DNA of 64,000 nucleotides from Pseudomonadota bacterium. Its GTDB lineage: Bacteria; Pseudomonadota; Alphaproteobacteria; UBA1280; JAAZVW01. A model generated the notes under the pieces. It searched no databases, was not told the origin of the DNA, and saw only the letters and a program-made list of their open reading frames with translations. Positions 10,836 to 21,966 of this stretch are shown piece by piece (the first letter of the stretch is position 1; each line of letters opens with the position of its first letter). Position numbers and translations under genes: made by a program. The stretch spans positions 5,447 to 69,446 of the forward strand of contig JAAZVW010000002.1 in the NCBI GenBank assembly GCA_018623135.1, written 5' to 3'.

Positions 10836-11597
10836 TTATTCCGCCGATTTTGCAATAGCTAAAAAGCTTTCTGCCTTTAAAGATGCTCCACCAACAAGCA
10901 CGCCATCTACATTTTCAATGGCCATAATATCCGCTGCATTTTCTTCTGTAACAGAACCGCCGTACAATAAATAAATATCATCGGCAATATAGGCATCGTA
11001 CATCTGCTCTAACGTCTTACGCATAAACCTAAAAATATCTTTAATTGTATTGTTATCTGGCACGTTACCTGTACCAATACACCAAACAGGCTCGTAAGCG
11101 ACAATAATAGGTGTATTCAGTGTAGGTTTTAAATTTTTTAAGCCCTCCTCTATTTGCTCTTCTAAAATAGGTAAGGTTTGGTGCGCAACACGCTCTGCTT
11201 CAGTTTCTCCTATACATAAAATCGGAGAAATACCACTTTCCAAACAAAGAGTTGCCTTTAAATTAATACGACTATTTGTTTCATTATGCCCTAATCGACG
11301 CTCAGAATGCCCAATAATAGCGTACTTGCAACCAACGTCTTTTAGCATACCTGCACTTATGTCACCTGTATGTGCACCACCTTCAAAGCGTGCAACATTC
11401 TGCGCGCCTACTTTAATAGAGGACTCATTTTCCTCAATTTTATGGATAACTCCACCAATGCCCAAAAAGGGCGGGCAAAGTACAATTTCAGATGTAAAAT
11501 TTTTTGAGCCATTAATAATGTCTTGCGTTAAAGATTTCCAAATATGGCGGTGGCCATTCATCTTCCAGTTACCAACTATTAATTTATTTTCAGGCAT
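10836..11597 (-). CDS. tpiA: triosephosphate isomerase
   Basis: GNWKMNG N-terminus, IIGHSERR, and YEPVWCIGTG containing the catalytic Glu. Confidence 0.95.
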   Translation of the reverse strand: MPENKLIVGNWKMNGHRHIWKSLTQDIINGSKNFTSEIVLCPPFLGIGGVIHKIEENESSIKVGAQNVARFEGGAHTGDISAGMLKDVGCKYAIIGHSERRLGHNETNSRINLKATLCLESGISPILCIGETEAERVAHQTLPILEEQIEEGLKNLKPTLNTPIIVAYEPVWCIGTGNVPDNNTIKDIFRFMRKTLEQMYDAYIADDIYLLYGGSVTEENAADIMAIENVDGVLVGGASLKAESFLAIAKSAE

Positions 11598-11794
11598 TAT
11601 TTAAGACTCCATTTTTATTATTTTTACCATGACACATTATTTTATGATGTGGTGCATGAATGGTTTTTCCATTAAAAACTAGCAGATATTATAGCAAAAA
11701 AGCAATTAAAGTTTGCTAATTACCCGAAAAATTGGCATTATTTCAGACATTATTAAGTCAAAATACAAGCAACGAGAAAAATAAGGTTTTTATT

Positions 11795-13675
11795 ATGCTA
11801 GAGTTTATGCGTCGTCATACTGAATCATGGTTATTTAGAGGCATTCTTGCCCTTGTCATTATTAGCTTTGTCGGCTGGGGTGTCAGCGATATGATCCAAG
11901 CACAAGTGCCAACTACTGCTGTTAAAGTCAACAAAGTACAGGTTTCTGTGTATGATTTAGCAAGAGATTACCAAAACCAAACATCTGCTCAAGCAAAACA
12001 ACTTGCGATGCTACCAGAAGGTATTCGTGATGCGATTCAAGCTGAAACACGCAACCGTATTTTACAACAAAATGTAGACCGCGCACTTATTACCGATATT
12101 TCTAAAGAACTTAACCTTGTTGCCAGCAACGACATTATTTTAGACTACATTAAGCAAATGCGTGATTTTGCAAATGAAGAAGGTCAATTTGACCCTACTA
12201 TTTATAAAAACGTACTTCTTAATGCAGGTTTAACACCAGAAAGCTTTGAAACATCTTTAGCGAAAGATCTTGTCCGTGCACAGCTTCTGTCTATCTTTAA
12301 TGAAGTTGGCTTTGTGAATGAAAAAGCGCTAGAACGTGGTTTACAAACAGAGTATGAACTACGTGACATCAACATGCTAACACTTACAGAAAAGCATCTT
12401 AAAAACAAAGCACAAGCGACAGAAGATCAACTAAAAGGCCACTATGAAGCCACATCTGCGTTATACATGACAGAGGAAAAACGCTCAGGTCAAATGCTTG
12501 TTCTTTCTCTAGAACGCTTAGAGCAATCTATTAATATTACAGAAGCTCAAGCACGTGATATGTACGAAAACCATAAAGACCTCTATATTTCTAAAGAACG
12601 CCGTCACCTAAGCCGTATTGCTGTAGATAGCAAAGAAAAAGCGCAAAAAGTACGTGCAGAACTAGAGGCTGGTAAAGATTTTGCAGAAGTTGCTAAAAAA
12701 CATAGCACCGACATTTTAACAAAAGAAAACGGTGGCGATATGGGTCTTATTGCCATGGGCGAACTTTCTCCTAGCTTCGAAAAAGCCGCGTTTGCACTAA
12801 AAGAAGGCGAAGTAAGCAAAGCGATTGAAACACCTTTCGGTCTTAATATTATTAAAGTGAAGGAAATTATTCCTGCAAAACCGCAAAGCTTTGACCAAGT
12901 ACGTGCACAAATTGTAAAAGAACTTAAACTAGAGCAAGCTGAAAACGCTTATGATGATCTTATCGCAACGGTGGAAGATGCTCTTGCCTCAGGTGAAGAC
13001 CTTGCAAAAGTTGCACAAGAAAATAACCTTGAGCTGACAACAATTAAAGAAACAACACAAGAAGCGGCAACGGACTTCCCTGCAACTGTTGTGAATGAAC
13101 TCTTTACACTAGATGAAGGAGAAACATCTATCCTACTTACGTTCGATGATAAATCTGAAGGTTATGTAAAAGTATCTTCTGTTACTCCTGCTATGCTCAA
13201 GCCATTTACAGAAGTTAAACAAGAAGTGCGTAAAGCATACCTAGAACTGCAAACACAAGAAGCTTTAAAAGGTCTTGCTGAAACAATGGTTAAACAGGTG
13301 CAAGCAGGCTCTAGCCTAAAAGCAGTTATGCGCCAACAAGGTATTAAGTCAGGTCTTACTTCTTATCTAGATGTTGCTCGTCAAGCAGGTAGCGACGCTA
13401 TTGCAGAAAACGTACGCACAGCTGCATTTTCTATTCCTTCTAAGGGGCTTGTAACAACGCCACTTAAAACAGAAAAAGGCTACGCTCTGGTTGAAGTAAC
13501 AGACACATCTGTTGCAAATATCAGTAAAGAAATGCGCGACGAGTTTGCAGAAAAACTAAAAGCAGATCAGCGTAATGCACTTTACGCACAATTTATGCTT
13601 TCTCTTAAAGAGTCAGCAGATATTGACTACAACCAGCGCCTGATCAACCAAGCCTTTAACGTTGTAGAAGAATAA
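11795..13675 (+). CDS. ppiD: membrane-anchored periplasmic chaperone / peptidyl-prolyl isomerase, PpiD-like
   Basis: N-terminal anchor (FRGILALVIISFVGWG) and a parvulin-like domain (GGDMGLI...FGLNIIKV). Start moved from 11732 to MLEFMRRH at 11795. Confidence 0.8.
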   Translation: MLEFMRRHTESWLFRGILALVIISFVGWGVSDMIQAQVPTTAVKVNKVQVSVYDLARDYQNQTSAQAKQLAMLPEGIRDAIQAETRNRILQQNVDRALITDISKELNLVASNDIILDYIKQMRDFANEEGQFDPTIYKNVLLNAGLTPESFETSLAKDLVRAQLLSIFNEVGFVNEKALERGLQTEYELRDINMLTLTEKHLKNKAQATEDQLKGHYEATSALYMTEEKRSGQMLVLSLERLEQSINITEAQARDMYENHKDLYISKERRHLSRIAVDSKEKAQKVRAELEAGKDFAEVAKKHSTDILTKENGGDMGLIAMGELSPSFEKAAFALKEGEVSKAIETPFGLNIIKVKEIIPAKPQSFDQVRAQIVKELKLEQAENAYDDLIATVEDALASGEDLAKVAQENNLELTTIKETTQEAATDFPATVVNELFTLDEGETSILLTFDDKSEGYVKVSSVTPAMLKPFTEVKQEVRKAYLELQTQEALKGLAETMVKQVQAGSSLKAVMRQQGIKSGLTSYLDVARQAGSDAIAENVRTAAFSIPSKGLVTTPLKTEKGYALVEVTDTSVANISKEMRDEFAEKLKADQRNALYAQFMLSLKESADIDYNQRLINQAFNVVEE

Positions 13676-13685
13676 GGATTTACTG

Positions 13686-14003
13686 ATGCGTATTTTTATA
13701 CTTGCTTTATTAACATCTGTTATTTCCACAGCTGCATTTGCGGGAGAGTATAAAATCCCCTACCGTAAAGACAATCGTTGGATTCATAAAGATGACCGTA
13801 AGTTTTTAGATGCGCTTATCGCCATGGCTAAAAAAGAAAACGCGACAGAATTTAAGGTTGTTTTACCTTCTGATCGCCCTAAAATCCAAATAGAACGACT
13901 TATCGTTTTAAGGGATACTTTAGCCAAATCTTTGCAAAAATCAATTGTGATTGAGCAAACAAATGGCACAACACAACAAAATACACTTATCTTAAGTTAT
14001 TAG
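13686..14003 (+). CDS. small secreted protein of unknown function (105 aa)
   Basis: Signal-peptide-like N-terminus MRIFILALLTSVISTAAFA. Separated from ppiD by 10 nt. Confidence 0.55.
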   Translation: MRIFILALLTSVISTAAFAGEYKIPYRKDNRWIHKDDRKFLDALIAMAKKENATEFKVVLPSDRPKIQIERLIVLRDTLAKSLQKSIVIEQTNGTTQQNTLILSY

Positions 14004-14011
14004 GCTTAAAA

Positions 14012-14047
14012 ACACAAAAAAGCAGGCATAAGCCTGCTTTTTTGTGT
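14012..14047. terminator. bidirectional terminator formed by a 36-nt perfect palindrome
   Basis: acacaaaaaagcaggc-ataa-gcctgcttttttgtgt, giving a 16-bp stem. It lies between convergent ORFs. Confidence 0.8.
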
Positions 14048-14053
14048 TTCGTT

Positions 14054-14440
14054 TTATGCTGCTACAACATCAGCCTCTTCTTGCTCTAACAAAGCCTGGA
14101 ATTCAGCCTCATAAGCAGCTTCGGCATCTGTTTTTTGCCCTTCAGCTTCAAGATCTTGGAGCTCTTCTTCAAGCTCTGGGTATTGACCTTTGGCATGAGC
14201 AAAAATCATACTCAACGCTCGAAGAGCAGAAATGCCCACGCTGGTCAAACGATACAGTGTTTGCCAATATTCTGGGTTTTCTAGCTTTTCAACAGCTTTC
14301 ACGTACTCAATTGATGCACGCGGATCTGTTACCCCGCCAGCAGCAGTCATTGTAAAAATTTCCACAGCTGTATCGGCCTGCTTCTGACCTGTTTTCTGGT
14401 CGAATTCAGTCAACAGATTAAACAGTTTTTCTTTATTCAT
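14054..14440 (-). CDS. hypothetical acidic protein (128 aa)
   Basis: Intact ORF with a Glu/Ala-rich C-terminus and no recognised motif. Confidence 0.5.
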   Translation of the reverse strand: MNKEKLFNLLTEFDQKTGQKQADTAVEIFTMTAAGGVTDPRASIEYVKAVEKLENPEYWQTLYRLTSVGISALRALSMIFAHAKGQYPELEEELQDLEAEGQKTDAEAAYEAEFQALLEQEEADVVAA

Positions 14441-14559
14441 ATGAACTCCTAAGAGTCTACCGTAAAGGATTATGCAGAAATTGCTTTTTTAAACGGTAGT
14501 AAAGTGGATGTGCATAATCATATTGACACAATAGGTATATTTTACAAGCCTTGGTTTAT

Positions 14560-14592
14560 AAAAAAAGAGATCTTAGTAAAGATCTCTTTTCT
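14560..14592 (-). terminator. rho-independent terminator of mnmA
   Basis: Stem agagatct/agatctct (14567-14574 / 14580-14587), with a T7 run on the minus strand. Confidence 0.75.
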
Positions 14593-14614
14593 ACATAGTT
14601 TAAAATAACAGCAC

Positions 14615-15787
14615 TTATGCTATTTTAATTGTTACTTTTTGCCCAAAAGTTTCTGCCGCTTCATGGCGCTTTGTTCTAATCCAACCACCACCTAGCATAC
14701 GATTTTCTTCATAAAAAACAGCCGCCTGCCCAGGGGCTACAAAAGCTTCTGGTTCATACATTTCAACCTCAACACGACTATTGCCAATATCGGTAATACG
14801 CGCTAAAGCACCTTCATGAGTTGAGCGTACTTTTACACGTACTTCACGTTCTTTAATATCGCCTTCACCTATCCAGTTCAAATCATCTACATAAAAAGTA
14901 GTTGTTCCCAACTCTTCTTTTGTACCCAGCACAACTGATTTTGTATCTTTATCAATCGCTACAACATACATAGGCTCACCTAAAGCAATGCCTAAACCTT
15001 TGCGCTGCCCAACAGTAAAATTAATAATACCGGGGTGTTTACCTAAAACTTCGCCTTTAGTATTAATAAAGTTACCTTCTTCAGCCGCTTCAGGTGCAAA
15101 CTTTGTCACAACTTCACGATAATTACCACCTGGTACAAAGCAAATATCTTGACTATCTTTTTTATTATGAATGTGCAGACCTAAGCTTTTAGCTAATTCA
15201 CGTGTTTCATCTTTGGTAAGTTCACCTAACGGAAAGTCAGCAAAATCCAACTGATCCTGCGTTGTTGTAAATAAGAAGTAAGATTGGTCTTTTTGCGGAT
15301 CCAAGCCCGTTTTTAAAGCAGCTTTACCATTTTCAAGCTTATCTTTACGAATATAATGGCCCGTCACTAATACATCTGCCCCCAAGGCTTTTGCCTTATC
15401 AAGCAGAGAATCAAATTTAATACGCTGATTACAACGCACACAGGGTATTGGCGTTGCCCCTTGTAAATAAGTATCTACAAAATCATCAACAACCTTTTCC
15501 TGAAATTCAGACTCATAATTAAGTACATAATGCGGAATACCAATATCTTGGCACACACGCCTTGCATCATAAACATCATCTAATGCACAGCAAGTACCTG
15601 CTTTTTTACCACCTTCAGAAGCGGGTGTGTAATCCCATAGCTGTAGCGTAATACCAATGCAGTTGTAACCTGCATTTTTTAAAAGAGCTGCCACGCATGA
15701 GGAATCCACCCCACCAGACATAGCCACTACAACAGTGGTTTCTGCAGGCGTTTTACCGGGTACAAGTTGTTTTACTTTAAAATCCAT
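14615..15787 (-). CDS. mnmA: tRNA 2-thiouridine(34) synthase
   Basis: PP-loop motif VAMSGGVDSS and the conserved catalytic-Cys region (PCVRCN). Confidence 0.93.
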   Translation of the reverse strand: MDFKVKQLVPGKTPAETTVVVAMSGGVDSSCVAALLKNAGYNCIGITLQLWDYTPASEGGKKAGTCCALDDVYDARRVCQDIGIPHYVLNYESEFQEKVVDDFVDTYLQGATPIPCVRCNQRIKFDSLLDKAKALGADVLVTGHYIRKDKLENGKAALKTGLDPQKDQSYFLFTTTQDQLDFADFPLGELTKDETRELAKSLGLHIHNKKDSQDICFVPGGNYREVVTKFAPEAAEEGNFINTKGEVLGKHPGIINFTVGQRKGLGIALGEPMYVVAIDKDTKSVVLGTKEELGTTTFYVDDLNWIGEGDIKEREVRVKVRSTHEGALARITDIGNSRVEVEMYEPEAFVAPGQAAVFYEENRMLGGGWIRTKRHEAAETFGQKVTIKIA

Positions 15788-15845
15788 TATCTTAATATCG
15801 CTTTAATTATCGTCTAAATTACTGTAATAACTGGGCTAATGTAGG

Positions 15846-15872
15846 TTAAAAAAGCCCCTTTTTCAAGGGGCA
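15846..15872 (-). terminator. rho-independent terminator at the end of the isc operon
   Basis: Stem gcccctt/aaggggc (15854-15860 / 15865-15871), followed by a T-run on the minus strand. Confidence 0.75.
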
Positions 15873-15909
15873 AATTAAAATAAATAGCTTAAGAAGTTTA
15901 TTATATATC

Positions 15910-16104
15910 TTATTCTAACTCTTCCAACCAAGTTGCCTGAATTGCTTCTAAAATCTTTTCATTACAACGCTGAGGGTCATCATCAAACCCATCAAGCTCA
16001 AGCACATGCTTTTGCAAATCTGTAAAACGAATATATGTCGGGTCAATATCTTCATGTTTTTCTGCAAGTTCAATTGCAATATCCTGAATATCTGTCCATT
16101 TCAT
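15910..16104 (-). CDS. iscX: Fe-S assembly protein IscX
   Basis: 64-aa acidic protein starting MKWTDIQDIAIELAEKH..DP..IRFTDL, placed last in the isc operon. Confidence 0.8.
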   Translation of the reverse strand: MKWTDIQDIAIELAEKHEDIDPTYIRFTDLQKHVLELDGFDDDPQRCNEKILEAIQATWLEELE

Positions 16105-16137
16105 TTTACTAACTCTTTCTTTAAATTTTAATTCAAA

Positions 16138-16479
16138 CTAGCTTACCATCATATTACGTGTGGCTCTTGGTACTTCTACAATAATACCGTCCGTCTCTGG
16201 TCCTACAATAATTTGACAACCTAAACGAGACGTACTTGTTAAACCAAAAGCATAGTCCAACAAATCTTCTTCCTTTTCAGAAGCTTCATCTAATTTATTA
16301 AACCAACCATCTTTAACAACCACATGGCAAGTAGAGCATGCAAGCGCACTTTCGCAAGCACCTTCCAAATTTATATGATTATGGTGGGCAACTTCTAACA
16401 GGTTATCGCCCTCATCTGCCATAATTTCTTTTCGCTCACCTGTTGGTAAAATAAAAATTACCTTATACTGATTCGCCAT
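16138..16479 (-). CDS. fdx: [2Fe-2S] ferredoxin, adrenodoxin type
   Basis: Cys ligand pattern CESALACSTCHV...CQ. Start moved to MANQYKV at 16479, which overlaps the hscA stop. Confidence 0.9.
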   Translation of the reverse strand: MANQYKVIFILPTGERKEIMADEGDNLLEVAHHNHINLEGACESALACSTCHVVVKDGWFNKLDEASEKEEDLLDYAFGLTSTSRLGCQIIVGPETDGIIVEVPRATRNMMVS

Positions 16480-18223
16480 TTTGTACCTCATCTATATTTT
16501 TGCCAACCATTGTTTTTTTCAATGCCGCATTTACACGCGCTTCAGCAAATTCTTCAAAATCTTTTTCTAACTGACTTAAGCAAGCATCTACCATATCTTT
16601 ATCTGTATGCTTTAAGCCTTGTTCTGCGGTTTCAATCGCAGATGCTAATACTTTTTGCTTCTCTATTTCCAAAAGCTCTTTATCTGCACTAAAGGCAGAT
16701 TTCGCTGCTTCTATTGCACGAGAAAGTTCTAATCTCGCCTCTCTTAGCATACGCTCTTCAACATCATCCTTAGCATGTAAAACAGAAGCTTTTAACATAT
16801 CTACCATTTTTTCAGGTGATAACCCGTAAGAAGGTTTAACTTCTATCTCTGCTTCTGTACCTGTTGTTTTTTCAAGTGCTTTTACTTTTAAAATACCGTC
16901 AGCATCTACAGAATAAACAACCATAATACGGGCTTCGCCCGCTACCATTGGCGGAATACCTTTCAGCGTAAATTTAGCTAAAGATCTACACTCTTCAACC
17001 GTCTCACGTTCACCTTGTAATACATGAATCGTCATTGCTGTTTGGCCATCTTTAAAGGTCGTAAACTCTTGCGCACGCGAAATAGGAATCGGTGTATTGC
17101 GCTCAATAACCTTTTCAACTAGGCCCCCCATCGTTTCCAATCCTAAAGAAAGTGGTGTCACATCTAACAACAGCATATCTTCACGGCTTCCACCAGAAAG
17201 TGCCTGTGCTTGTAATGCAGCTCCTTGGGCAACCACTTCATCGGGGTTAATATCTGTTAAAGGTTTTTGACCAAAATAACGCTCTATCGCATTTCTTACA
17301 ATTGGCATACGTGTAGAACCGCCAACCATAACAATACCATCAACATCTTCTACATCAAGCTCAGCATCTTCTAGCACTTCTTGTAACATAGATATAGTTT
17401 TGCCCAACAAAGGCTCAGCAAGCATTTGCCATTCTGCTTCTGTAAGCTCTTCAGTATCGCCAGAACTTAAGCGTTCTTTAATTTGCTTTGCAACCGTAAT
17501 CGAACAACCTAATTTTTTAGAAATAATACGATCAAAATCATCACCACCCAACTCAGTATCACCAAGTGTTGCAACAACTTTAAACACACCTTCTGTTAGC
17601 TTAAGCACAGAAATATCAAAAGTACCGCCACCTAAGTCATAAATAACATAGGTGCCTTGAGCTTTTTTATCTAATCCATAAGCAAGCGCTGCTGCTGTGG
17701 GTTCGTTAATTAAACGCAATACATTTAAGCCAACAAGCTCCGCAGCATCTTTAGTTGCCTGACGTTGTGCATCATTAAAATAGGCTGGTACTGTAATTAC
17801 CGCTTCTAAAACAGGTTGGTTCAAATCTGCTTCCGCAAGTGTTTTAAGCTCTTTTAAAATATAAGCAGAAGCTTCAATAACAGAAATATTCTCACCATCT
17901 AAATCAATTTTCAGTAAATCCTCATTGCTTATTGTATAAGGACAATCTTGCTGAAATTTCTGCACATCTTCATCCTGAAGTGTTTTACCAATAAGCCTTT
18001 TAACAGACCTTAAAGCTTTGCCTGTTTCTACAGCTTTGGCGCCAACAACAACTTGCCCTTCTACCAAAGCAAGGGCAGAAGGCACTAACCTTTTACCATT
18101 TTCTGCTGTAACAACCTTATGCACACCATCTTTTACATAAGAAATAAGAGAATTCGTTGTGCCTAAATCTATACCCACAGCAAGGCGTTTTTTATGTTGT
18201 CCTGGCTCTAAAATATCAAGCAT
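16463..18223 (-). CDS. hscA: Fe-S cluster assembly chaperone HscA (Hsp70 family)
   Basis: Hsp70 signatures GIDLGTTNS and DLGGGTFD, in an isc operon context. Confidence 0.93.
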   Translation of the reverse strand: MLDILEPGQHKKRLAVGIDLGTTNSLISYVKDGVHKVVTAENGKRLVPSALALVEGQVVVGAKAVETGKALRSVKRLIGKTLQDEDVQKFQQDCPYTISNEDLLKIDLDGENISVIEASAYILKELKTLAEADLNQPVLEAVITVPAYFNDAQRQATKDAAELVGLNVLRLINEPTAAALAYGLDKKAQGTYVIYDLGGGTFDISVLKLTEGVFKVVATLGDTELGGDDFDRIISKKLGCSITVAKQIKERLSSGDTEELTEAEWQMLAEPLLGKTISMLQEVLEDAELDVEDVDGIVMVGGSTRMPIVRNAIERYFGQKPLTDINPDEVVAQGAALQAQALSGGSREDMLLLDVTPLSLGLETMGGLVEKVIERNTPIPISRAQEFTTFKDGQTAMTIHVLQGERETVEECRSLAKFTLKGIPPMVAGEARIMVVYSVDADGILKVKALEKTTGTEAEIEVKPSYGLSPEKMVDMLKASVLHAKDDVEERMLREARLELSRAIEAAKSAFSADKELLEIEKQKVLASAIETAEQGLKHTDKDMVDACLSQLEKDFEEFAEARVNAALKKTMVGKNIDEVQNGESV

Positions 18224-18809
18224 GTTTCAGTTTCTTTTGTTTTATTCTTAGTTCTTTAAAAAAAGTTGCCATAAACTTAAGCTCTACCGTTTTTTCTACC
18301 GCTTGTGCAAAAGAAGCATTACGAATATCTGCCGCTAATGCCTCTATCAACTCTTTTTCTTCTGCTTCAATTTGCTTTTTATATGCTCTAAGTGCTTCTA
18401 AACTCTCAATATCATCTAAACACTCATGCATTTCAAAACTTTTCATCATAAGCTGAGGTGGCGTGTCGCCCCCTCTTTCTGGTAAAGCATCTATACCTTG
18501 TTGTTTCAACAAATAAACAGCCGTTTTTAATGGGCTTTGTAAGGTTTCATAAGCCAGATTCAGTAACGCCGTAAATTCTATTGCTTGCATCTGCTCTGTT
18601 AGGCTTTTTAATGCAAAATGATCAGGGTGCGTCTTTTTTTGCAAATCAAGATATGCCGTCTCAAGAGCCATAACATCCACATTCACATCTGCCTCAAGGC
18701 CAAAAAGCTCAAAGTAATCTCCAGAATAAGCACCGCAAATTGCCCCACAAGTTGGACAAAAAACAGATGCTTTTTCAAAAGAGCCTTTGCAATTCCAGCA
18801 ATGATTCAT
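18216..18809 (-). CDS. hscB: co-chaperone HscB with an N-terminal Cys4 (zinc-finger-like) extension
   Basis: J-domain HPD motif (THPDHF), preceded by CWNC...FCPTC. Confidence 0.88.
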   Translation of the reverse strand: MNHCWNCKGSFEKASVFCPTCGAICGAYSGDYFELFGLEADVNVDVMALETAYLDLQKKTHPDHFALKSLTEQMQAIEFTALLNLAYETLQSPLKTAVYLLKQQGIDALPERGGDTPPQLMMKSFEMHECLDDIESLEALRAYKKQIEAEEKELIEALAADIRNASFAQAVEKTVELKFMATFFKELRIKQKKLKHA

Positions 18810-18832
18810 TCAGACACCTACAGAATTACATT

Positions 18833-19165
18833 TTATACAGTGAAAGATTCACCACAGCCACATTCGCCTTTTTTGTTTGGATTTTCAAACACGAACCCAG
18901 AGCGTAGTTTCTCTTCTTTATAATCAACTTCAGTGCCAATAACATAAATTAAAGATTTTGCATCAATCAACACTTTCACATGGGGCGCCACTTCTAACAC
19001 CTCATCTCCTAACTGCGTTTCATCTGCAAATTCAAGCTTATAGCCTAAGCCCGAGCAGCCCGCTGTTTTTACACCAAATCTAATATAAGCATCTGGCGTA
19101 CCTCTATTTTCTAGCATAGAACGCATGCGTTCTGCAGCGGCATCACTTACTTTAATTAATGACAT
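18833..19165 (-). CDS. iscA: iron-sulfur cluster insertion protein IscA
   Basis: GCSG... and the C-terminal CGCGESF motif. Confidence 0.92.
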   Translation of the reverse strand: MSLIKVSDAAAERMRSMLENRGTPDAYIRFGVKTAGCSGLGYKLEFADETQLGDEVLEVAPHVKVLIDAKSLIYVIGTEVDYKEEKLRSGFVFENPNKKGECGCGESFTV

Positions 19166-19180
19166 CTAACAGGTCTTTCT

Positions 19181-19558
19181 TTACGACTTAGATTTGTAAT
19201 CTTCAATCGCGGCTTTAATAGCATCTTCTGCAAGCACAGAACAATGAATTTTAACAGGTGGTAATTCAAGCTCTGTCGCAATATCCATGTTCTTAATTTC
19301 TGTTGCTTCTTCTAACGTACGCCCTTTAAGCATTTCTGTTGCCAAAGAAGAACTCGCAATAGCAGAGCCGCAACCAAATGTTTTAAACTTAGCATCTTCA
19401 ATAATGCCTTCATCGTTTACTTTAATTTGTAGTTTCATCACATCACCACAAGCAGGGGCACCAACAAGTCCTGTACCTACATGGGTATCTGCTTTATCCA
19501 TGCTGCCTACGTTACGTGGGTTTTCGTAGTGATCAATTACTTTATCTGAGTATGCCAT
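19181..19558 (-). CDS. iscU: Fe-S cluster scaffold IscU
   Basis: GAPACGD, FGCGSAIASSS and LPPVKIHCS motifs. Confidence 0.95.
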   Translation of the reverse strand: MAYSDKVIDHYENPRNVGSMDKADTHVGTGLVGAPACGDVMKLQIKVNDEGIIEDAKFKTFGCGSAIASSSLATEMLKGRTLEEATEIKNMDIATELELPPVKIHCSVLAEDAIKAAIEDYKSKS

Positions 19559-19592
19559 TTTACTTCTCCTTAAAATATTTTAAGTGCGCGCC

Positions 19593-20816
19593 TTAGTGGC
19601 CTGCCCACTCAATTTTTGTAATATCAATACCTTCTTGCGCCATTTCCCAAAGTGGGCTCATTTCACGCAATTTATTTACGGCTGTAATAATTGTTGAACA
19701 AGCAGAATCAACTTCTTCTTCTGTTGTAAAACGACCAATACTAATACGTAAAGATGTATGAGCAAGTTCCTCACCTACACCTAAAGCACGTAAAACATAA
19801 CTTGGCTCTAAAGAGGCCGATGTGCAGGCTGAACCAGAAGACACAGCTAAATCACGTACCGCCATCATTAATGATTCACCTTCTACATAAGCAAAAGAAA
19901 TATTCAAGTTGCCAGAAATACGGTTCTCTAAATCGCCATTTAAATAAATTTCATCTAGCTCTGCATGTAGTTTGTCGTACATACGTGTGCGCAAAGAAAG
20001 CAAGCGCGCTTGCTCTTCTTGCATTTCAGATGCTGCAATTTCAGCCGCTTTACCTAAACCAACAATAAGTGCTGTTGGTAGCGTACCACTTCTCATGCCA
20101 CGTTCATGGCCACCGCCATGAATAAGAGCTTTTAAACGCACGCGTGGTTTACGACGTACATACAAAGCACCAATACCTTTAGGTGCGTAAATTTTATGAC
20201 CAGAAATTGAAAGCATATCAATATTCATATCATTCACATCAATAGCAATCTTACCAAAAGCCTGTGCTGCATCTGTATGGAATTTAACACCTTTTTCACG
20301 GCAAATTGCACCAATTTCAGAAATAGGTTGCACTACACCAATTTCGTTATTAGCTGTCATCACAGAAACTAAAATCGTATCTTCACGAATACTATCCTTA
20401 AGCAACTGTAAATCAATCAAACCACTATCTTGCACAGGTAAATAAGTAATGTCGTAACCTTCATCTTCTAAATGACGGCAAGTATCTAAAACACATTTAT
20501 GTTCTGTTTGTACGGTAATAATGTGCTTACCTTTTTCTTTTTCAAAAGAAGCTAGGCCCTTAATCGCCAAGTTATTCGATTCTGTCGCGCCAGATGTAAA
20601 CACAATCTCTTTAGCAGAAGCACCAATTAAAGATGCAATTTGCCCACGTGCTTTTTCAACAGCTTCTTCAGATTCCCAGCCGTAGGCATGAGAACGCGAC
20701 GCCGCATTACCCGATTTTTCCGTAAAATAAGGTAACATTTCATCCACAACACGTGGATCACATGGCGTAGTTGCCATATAGTCTAAATAAATGGGCATAT
20801 CTGCACGTTTTTGCAT
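19593..20816 (-). CDS. iscS: cysteine desulfurase IscS
   Basis: PLP-binding Lys region [12 protein letters not shown] and active-site loop SSGSACTS. The start may instead be the internal MPIYLDY. Confidence 0.93.
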   Translation of the reverse strand: MQKRADMPIYLDYMATTPCDPRVVDEMLPYFTEKSGNAASRSHAYGWESEEAVEKARGQIASLIGASAKEIVFTSGATESNNLAIKGLASFEKEKGKHIITVQTEHKCVLDTCRHLEDEGYDITYLPVQDSGLIDLQLLKDSIREDTILVSVMTANNEIGVVQPISEIGAICREKGVKFHTDAAQAFGKIAIDVNDMNIDMLSISGHKIYAPKGIGALYVRRKPRVRLKALIHGGGHERGMRSGTLPTALIVGLGKAAEIAASEMQEEQARLLSLRTRMYDKLHAELDEIYLNGDLENRISGNLNISFAYVEGESLMMAVRDLAVSSGSACTSASLEPSYVLRALGVGEELAHTSLRISIGRFTTEEEVDSACSTIITAVNKLREMSPLWEMAQEGIDITKIEWAGH

Positions 20817-20821
20817 TTTCT

Positions 20822-21955
20822 TTAACCTTTTATTCTTTTATAAATTTCCGAAAAAGCTTCTATAAACTTATCCGCATCTTCATCTGTATTTTGCCAACTA
20901 AAAGCAATTCTTAATCCGCATTTTGCTAAATCGTCTGAATATCCCAGCGCTTTAAGCACATGCGAAGGTTCAATCTTACCACTAGAACAAGCAGAACCAT
21001 GAGAGACGCAAATGCCCTTCATATCCATACTCATTACAGCAAGCTCACCTTCTAGACCAGGCGTTATCACACTTAAACAATGCGGCATACGTGGGCTATT
21101 TTCACCCACAATAATAATTTCATTACTTACATTTTTAAGGGCTTGTTCTGTTTTATCCCTTAACGCTTGCACTCTTGGCATGTCTTTTTGCATGGCTTGC
21201 GCTTGTTTTATCGCTTCACCTGCACCTACAATACCTAATGTATTTTCTGTGCCACCACGGCGTCCGCGTTCTTGTCCACCACCAATCACTAGAGGCTCTA
21301 ACGCTGTTTTACCATCTACAATGAGAGCGCCAACGCCTTTAGGCCCTGCAAATTTATGGCAAGAAAGACTTAGTGTATTACAACCCAATTCCGCAAAGTT
21401 AACAGCTTGCTTACCCACAACCTGTACAGCATCGGTATGAAACGGCACAGCGTACTTTTTACACAAAGCAGCAATATCAGCAATTGGCTGAATAATACCC
21501 GTTTCATTATTGGCATACATCACTGTTACAACAGCAATATCACCTTCTTTAAGGGTATTTTCTAATGCCTGTAAATCAACCAGCCCTAATTCATTAAGCT
21601 TTAAAAAATCAGCCTCTGCACCCTGAGATGCAACCAAAGATGCCACCTGTTTTAAAACAGAGGAATGCTCTGTTGCTGTTAGCACAATTTTACGGGCTTC
21701 AGATGCCATAAACGCCCCATAAATAGCCATATTATTAGCTTCAGTACCACCAGCAGTAAAAACAACCTGCTCAGAACGTACGCCAACCAAATCAGCAACC
21801 GCCCTACGCGCTTCATCCATCGCCTGGCGTGCAACACGACCATAATGATGGGTAGAAGACGGGTTACCAAACATATTAAGTGCTTGGCTCATCGCTTCTA
21901 TCACCTCTGGTTTTAGAACTGTTGTTGCGTTGTTATCTAAGTAAACTGGCTGCAT
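20822..21955 (-). CDS. NifS-like class V aminotransferase / second cysteine desulfurase
   Basis: [15 protein letters not shown]-Lys motif and SHGSACSS active-site loop. It lies in tandem with iscS. Confidence 0.85.
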   Translation of the reverse strand: MQPVYLDNNATTVLKPEVIEAMSQALNMFGNPSSTHHYGRVARQAMDEARRAVADLVGVRSEQVVFTAGGTEANNMAIYGAFMASEARKIVLTATEHSSVLKQVASLVASQGAEADFLKLNELGLVDLQALENTLKEGDIAVVTVMYANNETGIIQPIADIAALCKKYAVPFHTDAVQVVGKQAVNFAELGCNTLSLSCHKFAGPKGVGALIVDGKTALEPLVIGGGQERGRRGGTENTLGIVGAGEAIKQAQAMQKDMPRVQALRDKTEQALKNVSNEIIIVGENSPRMPHCLSVITPGLEGELAVMSMDMKGICVSHGSACSSGKIEPSHVLKALGYSDDLAKCGLRIAFSWQNTDEDADKFIEAFSEIYKRIKG

Positions 21956-21966
21956 ATTTTTATACC

